A DNA stretch of 64,000 nucleotides, taken from positions 2,927,370 through 2,991,369 of the forward strand of contig MU057744.1 in assembly GCA_013265495.1 (NCBI GenBank). The letters run 5' to 3'. The notes below the pieces were generated by a model that worked only from the letters and a program-made list of their open reading frames with translations, had not been told where the DNA came from and did no database searches. Positions 39,540-52,112 of this stretch are shown here, one piece after another (the first letter of the stretch is position 1; the number at the start of each line of letters is the position of its first letter). The translations under genes were made by a program, and so were the position numbers. Source of the DNA: Vicugna vicugna (Eukaryota).

Positions 39540-40032
39540 TGTATCAGTCAGGATTCCCGCAGGAAATGAGATGTCCTACCCCATGGGTAACTGAGGAGCA
39601 TTTGAAGGCAAGACTGTACGTGAAGGTTATAAGAAGGGTTAGGGAAGCCAGCTGGGCTGGGGAGACACACTGGGACTGGAGACAGTAGAGAGCCATTAAT
39701 ACTTCTGGGTCTGGAGGGTGGGAGGGAAGGAGTGTTCCCTAGAACTGGGACATGCAGGAGCGGACTCTGGAGGCGTGGCCACGGGAGGGGGCTGGGTGGG
39801 ACAAGTGCTCACCACCACGGGCCGTGGCCCAGCAGGAGAAGAGCTTGCTCAGAACCTCCGATGGCCTCCCTCTCTTCCACCTTCTGACCTTTGGCCTCCC
39901 ATTAGGCAAATCCATGGTGAAACCAAAGGGCAACGAAACACCTTGAGATCCCATGGAGGTGACCTTCCTTGGGCACAGGGCAGGGTAGAGAGGGTGGACA
40001 GTGGGATGTGGACTTAGACTGGCAAGTGGACA
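39540..40032 (-). mobile_element. Old ERVL solo LTR (LTR33/LTR41-like)
   Basis: TGTATCAGTCAGGATTCCCGCAGGAAA...GGGTAACTGAGGAG...CCTCCCATTAGGCAAATCC...GGGTAGAGAGGGTGGA. Confidence 0.55.
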
Positions 40033-42066
40033 CTGCCAAGGAGGTGACCAGAGCACAAACCCAGGCAGAACCTGGAGAAGCCCAGCTTCACAGAGACAGG
40101 AGGAGGGGCCAGGGAACGATGTCCAGAAAGACTGGGTGCAAACCAGGAGCGGAGGTTGTGCTGAGAGGAAGGGGAACGTCCTCAGGAAGGGGAAGCCATC
40201 AGCACTGGCACGTGCGAGGGGGACCTCTAATAACAAGAGTCCAGAGGAGGCTGTGAAGTTGGTGGCAGGCACAAGGGCCGACTGGAAAGCTCACCATCAT
40301 CGTTCTGCAGTCGGACATGAGGAGAGGGGTCGAAAGTCTGCCGCCTGAGAGGTGGGCTCCCCTCCCTCCCCGTGTCCCCCGACTCTGCACACACGCTCTG
40401 AAGGGTATGTGAGGGGAGATGGGAACCCTCAGCTTTGTCCCCCCGTGGCACGGTCCAGGGAGGGACGGCAGTGGTAATGGCCGCGATGAGGAGGGAGTAG
40501 CCTGCGCCTCTCCGAATCTTCTGGAAGCCTGGCGCTGGCAGACACGTGAGCAGGAGTTCAGCGTCTCCCACTTGACAGTGGACGGCGGAGTAGCTCGTAA
40601 AGCTGACTGGTAGCACGACCCTTGGTCGGGCGTGGCTGGAGCAGCTCCTTCAGAGCGCAGACGGTGGCCTGGCGCTGGACTGGCGAGGAGTCCGGATCGC
40701 TGCATGGGGAGCTGCGAGGAGGAGAGGCTTTGTGAGGAGCGGGCGGTGTCAGGAGACCAGCACTGGATGCAGAAGTGCAATGCATGTAGGAAGGAGCAGT
40801 ACGCAGAGGACACACCCTGAACGTTTGTGGAGTAAAGCGAAGTGACACTCAGAGAGACACGGCCCCGTTGAGTCGCGGGAAGACCTGATACAAGAAATGC
40901 GTTCACCTCAGACTGTTTGACAGCTCGCCCAGGGGTTGGCAGAAGTCACACTTGCCCTGTATGCTTCCAGTGTACTTTTTCCACTACAAAATACAGCTTC
41001 ATTGACAAAACAACGGCAGCGAGAATTTTCACATGCCAACATAGCCTTCACTGTGTAAACTGCAGAGTGTTCTCTGTGTCCTCTTTCCCACGTGTGATGT
41101 ATATACACTTAGTGTAGCTTTCCTGGTTCACTTTGCATGACCGGCGTTCTCTCTGTTACTTTATAACCGTCACTTTTAGTGGCTGAATAACAGCCCACCC
41201 ACCGGGAAGATGCAGGATGGCCTTAGCTTTCTCCGTGTTTCTGGGAGCTTATGTTTTTCACTCTTGTTCATATACTTAGGATGAGGTCTTTGCACCCAGG
41301 ATTTTCCCCGCTGAGGATTGGGTAGTTTCCTTAGGAAATTTTTGGGTTCCCTGAAGTCAAATTACTAGGCACAAAAACATTGTCCTGGACCTCGATGCAA
41401 TTTCCAGCACATTGCTGTCACAGTTTCTTAAGCTTGCCTTTGAACGAGGACGGTGCTACTTTCTTCAGCACTTCGCCTGTCTACCAGCTCCCTCCACCCG
41501 TGGTTTTTATCTGCAGGCCTGTGGGACGCGAGTGGGGCTAGCTCTGGGTGAGACGGAAGTGAGCAAGCTGACTTCAGATCCGTTATGACTCCTGGCAACA
41601 GAGTTAAAGACTGAGTAAGGCTTTACTACACAGTTCTTAAGTTGTTACCTGTGGATTACTCCAGTCTCAGTATGACTTGCTGGAATACTTTAAGCTAGAT
41701 CAGAACAGCGGGCTGCAACCGTGTAGCCGCGCCCAGGCTAACACAGGCTGTAACACTGGGGTGTGGCTGCTGGGAACCGCTGCTTGTTTGATGGGGTCAG
41801 CTCTTGCCCCGGCAGACCCTGCAGAGCTCAGGCATGTGGCTCAAGTTCACACTTCTGAGAATGTGCTGATTTTTCACATCTGGTATTTTTATGTAGTTGG
41901 TCATATTGCATCTTTCTTCTTTTCACATTTAATTATTTTTTTCCTTCTGTCAGTATGCTGTCCATCTTCCTTACTAAGAATTTTTCTCAACATCTCATGG
42001 TAGTTCTTTAACGGCTTCCCAAACTACTGACACGTAGGTTCTGCCATCTTTGTATGTCTCAAATTT

Positions 42067-42582
42067 TGTGAACAGAAGATACAGCAGCCGTAACAGTAAA
42101 CAAAGGCTGCTGCGGCCACCAAGTCATCAGCCGCTACCACCGCCCCGACAGCCAGCGGAGGGAACGCAGCATGGACACAAGCAGGCGGTCTGGCCTCTGC
42201 AGCCCCACCCCCACCCCAGCGGTGCCCCTGAGGGGACTCAGAATGGGAAAGAACAGGACACTGGTCCTAGAGAGCTAGGTGTACATCGAAGGAATGCTTT
42301 GAGTGAGCCCAGACCTTACACCTTCTCACACACAGAAAAAAGCTAAACTCCTTAACTGGGATGTCTGGTTTTCTTTAATTAGCAGTAATCTTTTGATGTT
42401 CTGACTACCTGTCTTTGTTGCAAAACTCCTGTATATCCTGGCTCCTCCCCTGCCTCTTGGGAGCAGCCCCTTAGAGCCGTCTGAGAGGCTGCCATCCGGG
42501 GCTTAAGTCTTAAGTCCTCAGAAATGTCCGCCGAATAAACATAACAATCAGCTTTTAGGTTGTGCATTTATTTCAGTTGGCA
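42067..42582 (+). mobile_element. ERV1-class solo LTR
   Basis: TG...CA termini, TATA-like TGTATATCC at about 42430, AATAAA at about 42534, 4-bp flanks ATTT/GTTT consistent with an ERV1 TSD carrying one mismatch. Confidence 0.8.
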
Positions 42583-42944
42583 GTTTATTAAACATGTGCC
42601 TGCAATTAAATGAAATACATGCTCAAAGTATGTAAAACCATTTGATTAAGGAAGCAAACACTCAACCCTCTAAGTATCTTTGCACTGGGGAACAGCAGGG
42701 GAAACCTGCACGTTGCACACCTGTGACGTTTCACCGTGATTCCGAGTTAAGTCCTGAGTACCCCGCGTGAATGCAGGTTCAGACTCTCGCAGACCCCCTC
42801 CCGCGCACCTGCGGGCGCCCCGCGGTGACGAGTCGGTGGGCGTGGCCCCCACGTGGCCGCTGCGCGCTGGTTCGCGCGCGGCCCGAGCGGGCGGGGGAAG
42901 GCCGCGCTCAGCTGAGTTTGGGGGAAACATTGACGCAGACGAAC

Positions 42945-43566
42945 TTGGCTGTTTCAGAGCAGTTTAGGTGAACGGAAAGGTTGCAGAGAAGGCACGGAGA
43001 TTCCCTGTAAGCCCGCCGCCCCTGAGCGTGCACGGCCTCCCGGTTCCCGCCTCCCCCCGCCTCGCGTGGCGCCGTGTCGCACTTGGAGAGCTTGCAGTGA
43101 CACATCGCGGTCACCCAGGCCGCCGTCCCTGTGCAGCGCGCGCCCGGTGTTCAGTGTGGGTCTGTGGACTTGGACACATGCGCAGTGACCGTACCCGTCA
43201 CCAGAGTGGCCCTAAATGCGGCAGTAAACGCGGCCCTGGAAGCCGGGCTCTGCCGGTTCACCGCTCCCATCCCCGCCCCGGGGCGACCACTGCTCTCTGG
43301 GCTGTCTCTCCAGCTTCCCTTTTCCAGGACGGCCTGTAGGTGGACTCGTACAGTATGCAGCCTCTTCACATTGGCTTCTTCCGTTCATAATATGCGTTTG
43401 AGTTTCTCGCATGTATTCTTACGACTTGAGGGCTCGTTTCTCTTAAGCGCTGAATAACATTGCATTGTCTGGATGGGCCACAGTCTACTGATCCATTCAT
43501 CTCCGTTGCTTCCAAGTTTTGGCAGTTATGAATAAAGCTGATACAGACATTCCCGTGCAGGGTTTT
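42945..43566 (-). mobile_element. Old L1MC-like 3' UTR, GC-shifted, interrupted by a younger insertion
   Basis: Colinear with the copy at 125-735; it resumes at 46551. Confidence 0.85.
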
Positions 43567-43789
43567 TTGTTTTTTGTTTTTTCAGTTTTATCAGGTAGAA
43601 TTGTTACAGTTTGACTGTACATATACAATATATTGCATGTAAATACATATACACAATATGCTGCACATACATTTTTCAAATTTACATATATGTCCTGTTC
43701 GTTGTTTCTAAGAATGTTTAGAGCTTTAGCTTTTTAAACTTACGTACTTATCAAAGGAATAGACCCAACCACTAAATAAGAATTAATTC

Positions 43790-44308
43790 AAAAAGCTACG
43801 CACACCTTGCTGTTAACAGCAGCACTATACTTGCCAAGGCGTGGAAGCATCGTCAGTGCACATCAGTAGATGGATGGATGAAGAAGATGCTCCGTATGTG
43901 TAATGGAACACAACTCACCCATTAGAAAGAAGGACATTTTGCCTTTTGCAGCCCTTCATTCACTTTTTTTTCCACTTCAAAAATCAGAATTTTATAACTG
44001 GCATAAACATTTCCATTGCATCAAAAGGAACAAAATACCCCGAAATAAAGCTAACCAAGGAGGTTACCTATACTCTGAAAACTGTAAAACACTGATGAAG
44101 GAAATTGAAGACGACACAAAGAAATGGAAAGATTTCTCGTGCTCTTGGATTGGAAGAATCAACACTATCAAAATGGCCCCACTACCCAAAGCAACCCACA
44201 GATGCAGTGCAACCCCTGTCAGAGTACTCACAACATTCCTCACAGAACTAAAGCAATTCCAGAATTTATGAGGAACCACCAGAGACCCCGAACAGCCAGA
44301 GCACTCTT
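43790..44308 (+). mobile_element. Two L1 ORF2 fragments in opposite orientation to the surrounding element
   Basis: 43790-43950 is the ORF2 extreme C-terminus (MEHNSPIRKKDILPFAA). 44015-44308 is post-RT ORF2 (LYSENCKTLMKEIEDDTKKWKDFSCSWIGRINTIKM). Confidence 0.85.
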
Positions 44309-44752
44309 TTGTAGGTCTCTCACTCTTTTTTTTTTTTTCTTTTTCTTCTTTTTGTTCTCTTTTCTTATGGTTTGATGACGAGAGAAGCTCTAACATTTGT
44401 TGTAAATCTAGTTTGCTGGTGCTGAAATCTTTGGAGATTTTGTTTATCTGTGAAGCTTTTGGTTTCTCCATCAAGTCTGAACAAGAGCCTTGCTGGATAG
44501 AGTGTTCTTGGTTGTAAGTTTTCCCCTTTCAATTGTAGGTCTCTCACTATTTTTTTTTTCTTTTTCTTCTTTTTGTTCTCTTTTCTTATGGTTTGATGAC
44601 GAGAGAAGCTCTAACATTTGTTGTAAATCTAGTTTGCTGGTGCTGAAATCTTTGGAGATTTTGTTTATCTGTGAAGCTTTTGGTTTCTCCATCAAGTCTG
44701 AACAAGAGCCTTGCTGGATAGAGTGTTCTTGGTTGTAAGTTTTCCCCTTTCA
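44309..44752. repeat. Near-perfect tandem duplication (about 221-bp unit) of the L1 ORF1 end / inter-ORF region
   Basis: 44309-44531 and 44533-44752 differ only in and next to the poly-T tract. The ORF track shows identical duplicated peptides. Confidence 0.95.
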
Positions 44753-45484
44753 TCACTTTAAATATATCATGCCGCTCCATTCTGGCCTGTAGAGTTTCTG
44801 CTGAAAAATCAGCTGATGACCTCATGGGAGTTTCCTTGTATGTTATTCGTTGCTTTTCTCTTGCGAATTTTAATATTTTCTCCTTATCCTTAATTGTTGT
44901 CAATTTGATGACTGTGTGCCTTGGTGTGGTCCTCTTTGTGTTGACCCTATGTGGTCCTCTCTGTGCTTCCTGGACGTGGGTGACTGTTTCCTTTCCCAAG
45001 TTGGGGAAGTTTTCAGTGATCATCTCTCCAAAAACTTTCTCAGGTCCTTTCTCTCTCTCTTCTCTTCCTGGGACCCTGTGATGCGAATATTAGAGCGCTT
45101 CATGTTGTCCCAGAGTGCTCTTAAACTATCCTCATTTCTTTTCATTCTTTTTCTTTTTCCTGTTCTGAAGTAGAGATTTCCACTAATCTGTCTTCTAGCT
45201 CACTGATCCGTTCTTCTGCCTCATTTAGTTTATTGGTTCCTTCTGGTATATTGTTCATTTCAGTGATTTTATTCTTCAACTGTTAGGGTGTTCTTTACCT
45301 TTTCCAGCTCTTTGCTAACAACTTTGCTCTGTGCATCTGTACTCCTCTTGAGTTCTCTGAGCATCTTGGCCGTCATCACTTTAAACTCTTTCTCAGATAA
45401 ATTGCCTATCTCCTCATCACTTACTTCTTCTACTGGGATTTTATCTTTTGCCTTGGCCTGGGAGATACTCCTCTGCCACCTCAT
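44586..45484 (-). pseudogene. Disrupted L1 ORF1p
   Basis: N-terminus MRWQRSISQAK...EIGNLSEKEFKVM and RRM/CTD ENFPNLGKE...QEAQR...TPRHTVIKL...DFSAETLQAR...LYPARL, split by stops and frameshifts. Confidence 0.9.
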
Positions 45485-46550
45485 ATCGTCTGTCTTTCTG
45501 TTTGTGTTGTTAGGTAGGTTAGTTATGGTTCTTGACCTTGGAGAAGTGGCCCTCTGTGGAAGACGTCCTGTGTGTCCCAGCAGTGCACTCCTCTCCTGTC
45601 ACCCAAGGGCCAGGGTCCAGCCGGTCCCAAAGCAGAGTCTGGCCTGTGTGTGTGGACTCCACAGGCTTTGGGACTGTTGTTTTCTTACTTCTGGTGTCTG
45701 CTCCCTGGTGGATGGGGCTGGACTAGAGGCTTATGCAGGGTTTCTGGCAGGAGTAGCCGGTGCCTGCCCACTGCACGGTGGAGCTTGGTCCTGGAGCTCT
45801 GGTGGGTGGGGCCATGTCTAGAGGCCTTTGTGGCTCAGGAAGTCTGCTGATGGGTGGGGCTGTGTTCCCACCCTGTATGCTGTGTGGCCTGAGGCTTCCC
45901 TACAGGCTGTTGGATGGGGCTGCTCTTGGTGCTAATGATCCAATCAAGATGCCAGCCTCCAGGAAAGCTCATGTAGATGAACACTCCCAAAATGTCCACC
46001 ACCAGCTTTTATGTCCCCTGAGTGAACCACAGCCATTACCCACATCCCCAGGAGACCCTCCAAATCCAGCAGGCAGGCCTGGCCCAGGTTCCTATGACAT
46101 CACAGCCTCGGCCCTTGGGCCTGGCGCATTCGAGATTCTGTGTACGCTTCCCAAGAGAATGTAGTCTTTGTTTCCCCTGGTCCCATGGGGCTCCTGGAGG
46201 TAAACCCCGCTGGCCTTCAAAACCAGGTGTCCTGGGCTCCCCTCCTCCCAGTGCCAGAGCCCGGGCTGGGGAGCCTGACGTGGGGCTCAGAGCTCTCACT
46301 CCTCTGCGACTTCACTGTTGGTCAGCTTGTGGGCCACCCACCCTGGGGGCACGGGGCCCAATTATATCGTGAGCACGCCCCTCCTGCCGTCCTGCTGTGG
46401 TTCCCTCTTTATGTTTCCAGCTGAAGACAATCTTCTTTGCTAGTTCCAGTCTTTTTTCCATGGTTGTCTAGCGGTCAGTTGCGGTTTCGTTGTAGTTGTG
46501 AGGAGAGGTGAGCTCGTGGTCCTACCACTCTGCCATCTTGGCCGGACCTC

Positions 46551-46825
46551 CCCTGTGCAGGTTTTTATGTGGACAGGCGTTTCCAGCTCCTCTGGGTAAA
46601 CACGGAGGGCACGGTTGCTGGATTGCAGGGTGAGCACACGCTTAGTTTTGTAAGGACAGCCAGACTGTCCACAGCGGCTGCACCGTTTGGCATTCCCTCC
46701 AGCTGTGAATGAAAGTTCCTGGTGCTCCATGTCTTTGCCAGGATTTGGTGTCAGTGTTCCAGATTTCGGTCATTCTAATGGATTTGGCTTTAATTTGCAT
46801 TTCCCTGATGACATGTAATGAGTGT
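46551..46825 (-). mobile_element. Continuation of the interrupted L1MC-like element (ORF2 C-terminus)
   Basis: Aligns with 727-1000; translation IREMQIK...RVYPEELETPVHIKTCTG. Confidence 0.85.
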
Positions 46826-46890
46826 GGTAGACTCAAAAAACACCCACTTTCCATACCTAAAGTCACAAAGTTTTTGCCTTCCAGGTACAA

Positions 46891-46912
46891 GTGTGTGTGT
46901 GTGTGTGTGTGT
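46891..46912. repeat. (GT)11 microsatellite
   Basis: Read directly. Confidence 0.9.
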
Positions 46913-47189
46913 ATGGACGTGTATACACATACCTCAAAAGGCTGAAAAGAGTTTAGCTCCCTGATGTTTTCCTGGCGGCGTTCTGTTTTCTGCACTGAGA
47001 TGTGGCCTGGGCTGTCGATTTTTCTGTAGCAGGTAAATTTATCGTAGGATAGGAGCTTTCAGACGGCGAGAGAAGAATCGCGACTAAGGGCACCTCCGTG
47101 AGTGACAGAAAAACGTTTCCAACATATTGAAAATCATGACACCTGCTGATTTTAGTTGACACCAGAGTTTCTTTTCTTGATCATACATC

Positions 47190-47392
47190 TTTGTTTATTT
47201 AATTGAAGTCTAGTCAGTTTACAAGGTTGTGTCAATGCCTGTTGCACAGCACAGTGTCCCAGCCATGCATATACATACATATATTCGTTTTCATATTCTT
47301 TTTGATTTAAAGTTATTACAAGCTATTGAATAGGGTTCCCTATGCTGTACAGAAGAAGTCTGTTTCTGTGTGTGGTGGTCCCCGTTTGCAGA
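47190..47392 (-). mobile_element. Short L1 3' UTR fragment
   Basis: TTAATTGAAGTCTAGTCAGTTTACAAGG...CTATGCTGTACAGAAGAA. Confidence 0.85.
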
Positions 47393-49039
47393 CCACTCTG
47401 ATCCATACCCCCTAGTGCTGCGCCACGCCTCCATCTGTGAGCGACAGCAGACCTTCATAGTCCTTGCACGTTGGGAAGTCTAATGACACTACCTCATTTA
47501 TTCACTTGTTCAGGAAGTATTTATAGGTACCTACCATGCTTATAAAATGCCCTGGGGCTCAAAAGGAGTCAAATTAATTTGCATAGTAAATCCATGCAGC
47601 CTGATTTATTTTCCCCCTAAAAGGAATTTATGAGGCTTATAAGGCTCACCTGACGCTTTTTTGTTCAGTCAGCCCTCCGCAGATTATCAAGTCTGCTTCA
47701 CTGATTTTCATTTTCAGGAAAAGGATGCTTAAAGCCTGTAAAATAGTAATTAAAAAGCCTGAGGCTAAAACGAGGCTTGGCAAACGATGAAATTAATGAG
47801 GTTCGGTGGCGCTACAAGACACAATGGCCTCTTAACTAACAGGAAATAAATATAATCCCCAAAAGTGACTGTGTGCGGACTTAGGTTGGAGCAAAAATAA
47901 ACTCAGAGTTCAAGGTCAGGCCCTGCTTTTCCAAGAGGAAGACCTGGCTGTCTGGTTGTGTGAGTTCCCTGAGCTTCCCTGCCTTTCCCGTGAGCTGTGA
48001 TTTACGGTCGAGGTGGACACCGGCTACCACCTGCGTGTGGCGGGGTGCGTTTCCTTCATTCGCTGCTCAGGAGGTGCTAGCAGAGACAGGGACAGAGAAA
48101 GTGTTGAAATAAAGCTAACCAGGGTACAGGTTTCCCACCTTAGGGATTTTGAAATGCTGGTCACCTAGGTAAACTTCCAGTACGTAACCCGAAACCACTT
48201 CCATTTCCATTTCACTGCATCCTGGCGCTTCCTCCTACTAAGGGGACTGTCCTGCGTGGGGTAAATTTGCTTGAATGCTAAGAACTGCCGCGTTACCTCG
48301 GATGGTTATGGATTTTGATGGTCAAGGGGATCTAGTTGGTGGAGGGGAGAGAGACACGTGAGAGGTTCAAACTCAAAATTCCCTCGGGAAGCGGTCTGTT
48401 TGGGGGATGCCTCTGCGGTCGTTCCAGACGCAGTTCTGCTGTCTCCTGGGAAGATCCTGGAGCATCTTGTTATTGGTTAATAACTTCTCGGGGGCATTTA
48501 ATCGGCCAGTCTGCACTCCTGTTATTTGACATGCTAGACTCGGAAATTAATTATCTTCCATATTTATTTTGAAATGCATTAGTCCTCTGTCGTCATCTGG
48601 ACTTTGCTTGGCCGCTGTGCCGCTGCTGTAAGAGCGAGGTGGATGTGAGCACAGCTGCATTTGCAGGAGTGACCTGACCCCGTGGCCTGTCAGTCATAGG
48701 AGCTGCGCTGGGGCATCTGCTTTGTTGACTTTGAAAAGTCGGTTTTGATGTTCATTGTCTAAAAACGTGAAGTGATGAACAGCACGACGGTATGTATGAA
48801 AATGGAAAGTATGAAAACCAGTTATGGTATCATCTGATGATCTAAGTAGAAGAGAAAAGATTGAGTTTCCTTGGTACCAAGGATTGAAAGAGGAGCCCCG
48901 ATTCTGTCTGGTGCCTTTTCTACCCAGGACAGTGGATCTGTTGAGCATTGCACCACACCGCCTTCTCGGCTGCTTCCGTAGACTTACTTTTGAACAGCGA
49001 GGCTTCCTCAGGTGTTATTCTGGGTCCTTTTATTAATTC

Positions 49040-50000
49040 AGGAATTATTTATTGAGCTCTGTCCTCTTCCTTACCCCCTCCCACCGCACTCAGGTACCTT
49101 CCCCAGAACTTGACTTCATCGCTGTGATTTTGCAGGCAGCCTGGGCTCTGTCCTTACTCCTCCCAGGGTTCTCACCTATCAGATCCACGGCCCCACCAGA
49201 TGCCCTGAACCTCTACATCAAACCCAGGACCCAGACTCACTTCCCAAACGTCAGAACCCTGCATCCACCGTTATCCGTGGTCCAGTGCACGGGACTCAGA
49301 CTGTCCAGTGCCCAGCCCGGATTCCCTGCTCGCACTGCCTGCCTCTGCCGTTCGGCCACGCCGTCCCATTCCCTGGACCTCTTTTATCCCTTAGCTGCTC
49401 TGTGGTCTGTCCAGGCTCTCCTCAGTTTTGGCCTAAACAAATGCCCCTCACCCTTCATCAAGTTAGGCTTCAGCCCTGGGGTCTTCCCGTCTCTCCCCCT
49501 CTGCCTGCCTCCGAGCTGCCTCCTGAAGACCACAGTCTGACCAGATCACTTCTTTTTTAAACTTCTTTGTTGGCTTCACATCAGTTACCCTGGAGCCTCG
49601 ATGGTGCCTGAGAGCTTCTGCACCCTGGTCTCTAAACAAGACTTCCCTGCCGCTGGGCAGGCAGCCCTCGAGACATCATGCTCACGCCGTCACACGTCCC
49701 GTGCCTTCGGGCTGGGGGGCCGCTGGCTGCCTCGCTGTCCAGCTAGCTCCTGCTCCTCTTTATGAGCTGAAGACACACGTCCTCTTCTCTTGGCTGTTTC
49801 CCGAGACACTGCATCCGTACGGAAGTAGTTACTCCGCCGCCCTCTGTGACCCAAAAACGTTTCCTTCATGCCGCTTGCAGTTGACGGGTCTCACATGTGC
49901 TGACGTGATTAGCCCCCACTTCCCTGGGTGGATAGTTGCTGCCTTGAGAGCAGGGACCGTGTCTTACTTACCACTGTCTTCATAGTGATGAGCACATTCA
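49040..50000 (+). mobile_element. LINE-2 remnant
   Basis: C/T-rich degenerate L2-like tract ending CCTTGAGAGCAGGGACCGTGTCTTACTT. Confidence 0.5.
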
Positions 50001-51041
50001 CTGAGAGTCAACAGATACTCACTGAGCACCTACCACGTGCTGGGCACCGAGTGCTGCTAACACGTCAGTGAACAGCAGAGTCAGAAACCCCTGCATGTGG
50101 GAATTTACCTTCCAGCGTGGAGTGTTTGTTGGTGTTGAGAGAGAAAGGAGGGAGGGTTCATTGCGATTAAGCTGTGGGATTGTAACTCCTTTGAAAGGAA
50201 GCAGTAGGGGGTGTTTTGGTTGGGAAGGTGAGATTTCCACCCAGAACCTCCCTTCCAGCCTGTAGGAGGGGAGGCACAGCTCTGGAGATCTCCCCAGGTC
50301 TGCCCTTCCCAGGCCCTCTGCTGCCCTAGGGCCTCACGGCAGGGCTCTCGCCTGCGGACGGCAGTGTTGTTCCCATTTCTCCCCATGAGCGCGCGCGTCG
50401 TACAACTTAGAGGGAAGAAAGTTACATGGACAGTTGCGTGATTAAGACGCTGGTTAATAACACCCCGTGTCTCTGAGGACGCAGTAAAAAGCTCCCCCTC
50501 TGTTGCCAGTGGGCTCCCCGCCCAGTGTCACCCCAAGGAAATACGCGTGAATGCCTGAATCAGCACTGTGCCTGCAGCTCCCTCCGGTCGGCGCCTGAGG
50601 TGGGCCGGGCATTTGGCAGTTTCATATATATATACATTTATTTGTGGGGTTTTTTGGTGAGTGTCCATACTTCTGAAAATGTGCTCAGCTGTTTCTCATG
50701 CTTTGCAGAGAATGTCTGGAGGTAGCAATTTACCATGTTTGTTCAGTGCCTAGATTTAAGTTTGACCTTGAATGGACCACCGATTTTCCTGGAAGTCATT
50801 TTGTAGCCTTTTCCCCCAGCATTCCCCACGTGTGGTGTTCTGCACAGCTGGGCGTTACGTACGGCAGTGTTACAGGAGGCATTGCTGGGAGGATCACGTT
50901 TCTCTTGTGAGAATGAAAGACAGTGTGGTATTTTTTGAAAATAACTTTGAGATACTGTAAATAATAATACTGTGAGACTTTTGAAAACGAATCTGTCTAT
51001 GCACGTGTGTGCGTGTGCACGTATGCGTGCACGTGTCTGTG

Positions 51042-52088
51042 CCGACAAAGGCTTGATCTCCAGAACATATAAACAGCTCATACAGCTTAATAACAACAAC
51101 AAACAACCCAATCCAAAAACTTAGAAGGCCTAAACAAGCATTTCTCCAATGAAGACGTACATATGGCCAATAGACATATGAAAAAATGGTCAATATCTCT
51201 AATTATCAGAGAAATGCAAATCAGAACTACAATGTGTATCACCTCATACTGGTCAAAATGGCCATCATTCAAAAGTCCACAAACGATAAATGCTTGAGAG
51301 GCTGTGGAGAAAAGGGAATCCTCCTCCACTCCTGGTGGGAATGCAGTTTGGTGCAGCCATTGTGGAAAACAGTATGGAGATTCCTCAAAAGACTAAAAAC
51401 AGAGTTACCATATGACCCAGCAATCCCGCTGCTGGGCATGTAACAAGAAGGCACCGTAATTCAAAAAGACACATGCACCCCAGTGTTCATAGCAGTGCTA
51501 TTTACAACAGCCAAGACATGGAAACAACCTAAATGTCCATCAACAGATGACTGGATAAAGAATCCATGATATATTTATACAATGGAATACTATTCAGCAA
51601 TAAAAAATAATAAACAATACCATTTGCAGCAATGTGGATGGACCTGGTGATTGTTATTCTAAGTGAAGTAAGTCAGAAAGAGAAAGAAAAATATTATATG
51701 ATATCATATATATGTGGAATCTAAAAAAAAAAGAAAAAAGTGGCTACTCATGAACTCATCTACAAAACAGAAACAAACTCACAGACATAGTAAACAATCT
51801 TACAATTACCAGGGAGAGCGGTGGGAAGGGATTAATTTGGGAGTTTGAAATTTGCAAACATTAAGCACTATATATAAAAATAGATAAAAACCAAATTTCT
51901 TCTGTGTAGCACAGGGTTAAACTATATTCAGTATCTTGTAATAACCTTCAATGAAAAAGGATATGAAAATGAATCTATGTCTGTACATGCATGACTGGGA
52001 CACTGTGCTGTGCACCAGAAGTTGACACATTATAACTGACTGTACTTCAATTAAAAGTCAAAAACAAAGACAAAAACAAAAAAATAAA
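51042..52088 (+). mobile_element. 5'-truncated young L1 (ORF2 C-terminus, 3' UTR, A-rich tail)
   Basis: [50 protein letters not shown]; same family as 16741 and 22130. Confidence 0.95.
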
Positions 52089-52112
52089 GTCTTCGTATGT
52101 CATACTCATAAG

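Larger units (their letters stand above)
43567..46550 (-). mobile_element. Nested 3 kb L1-derived element: 5' UTR, ORF1, inverted ORF2 fragments, tail
   Basis: 5' end GAGGTCCGGCCAAGATGGCAGAGTGG (YY1 site) at 46550. ORF1 remnants at 45484-44586. T-rich tail at 43562-43583. Imperfect TSD CCCGTGCAGGGTTTTT (43552) / CCCTGTGCAGGTTTTT (46551). Confidence 0.85.
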
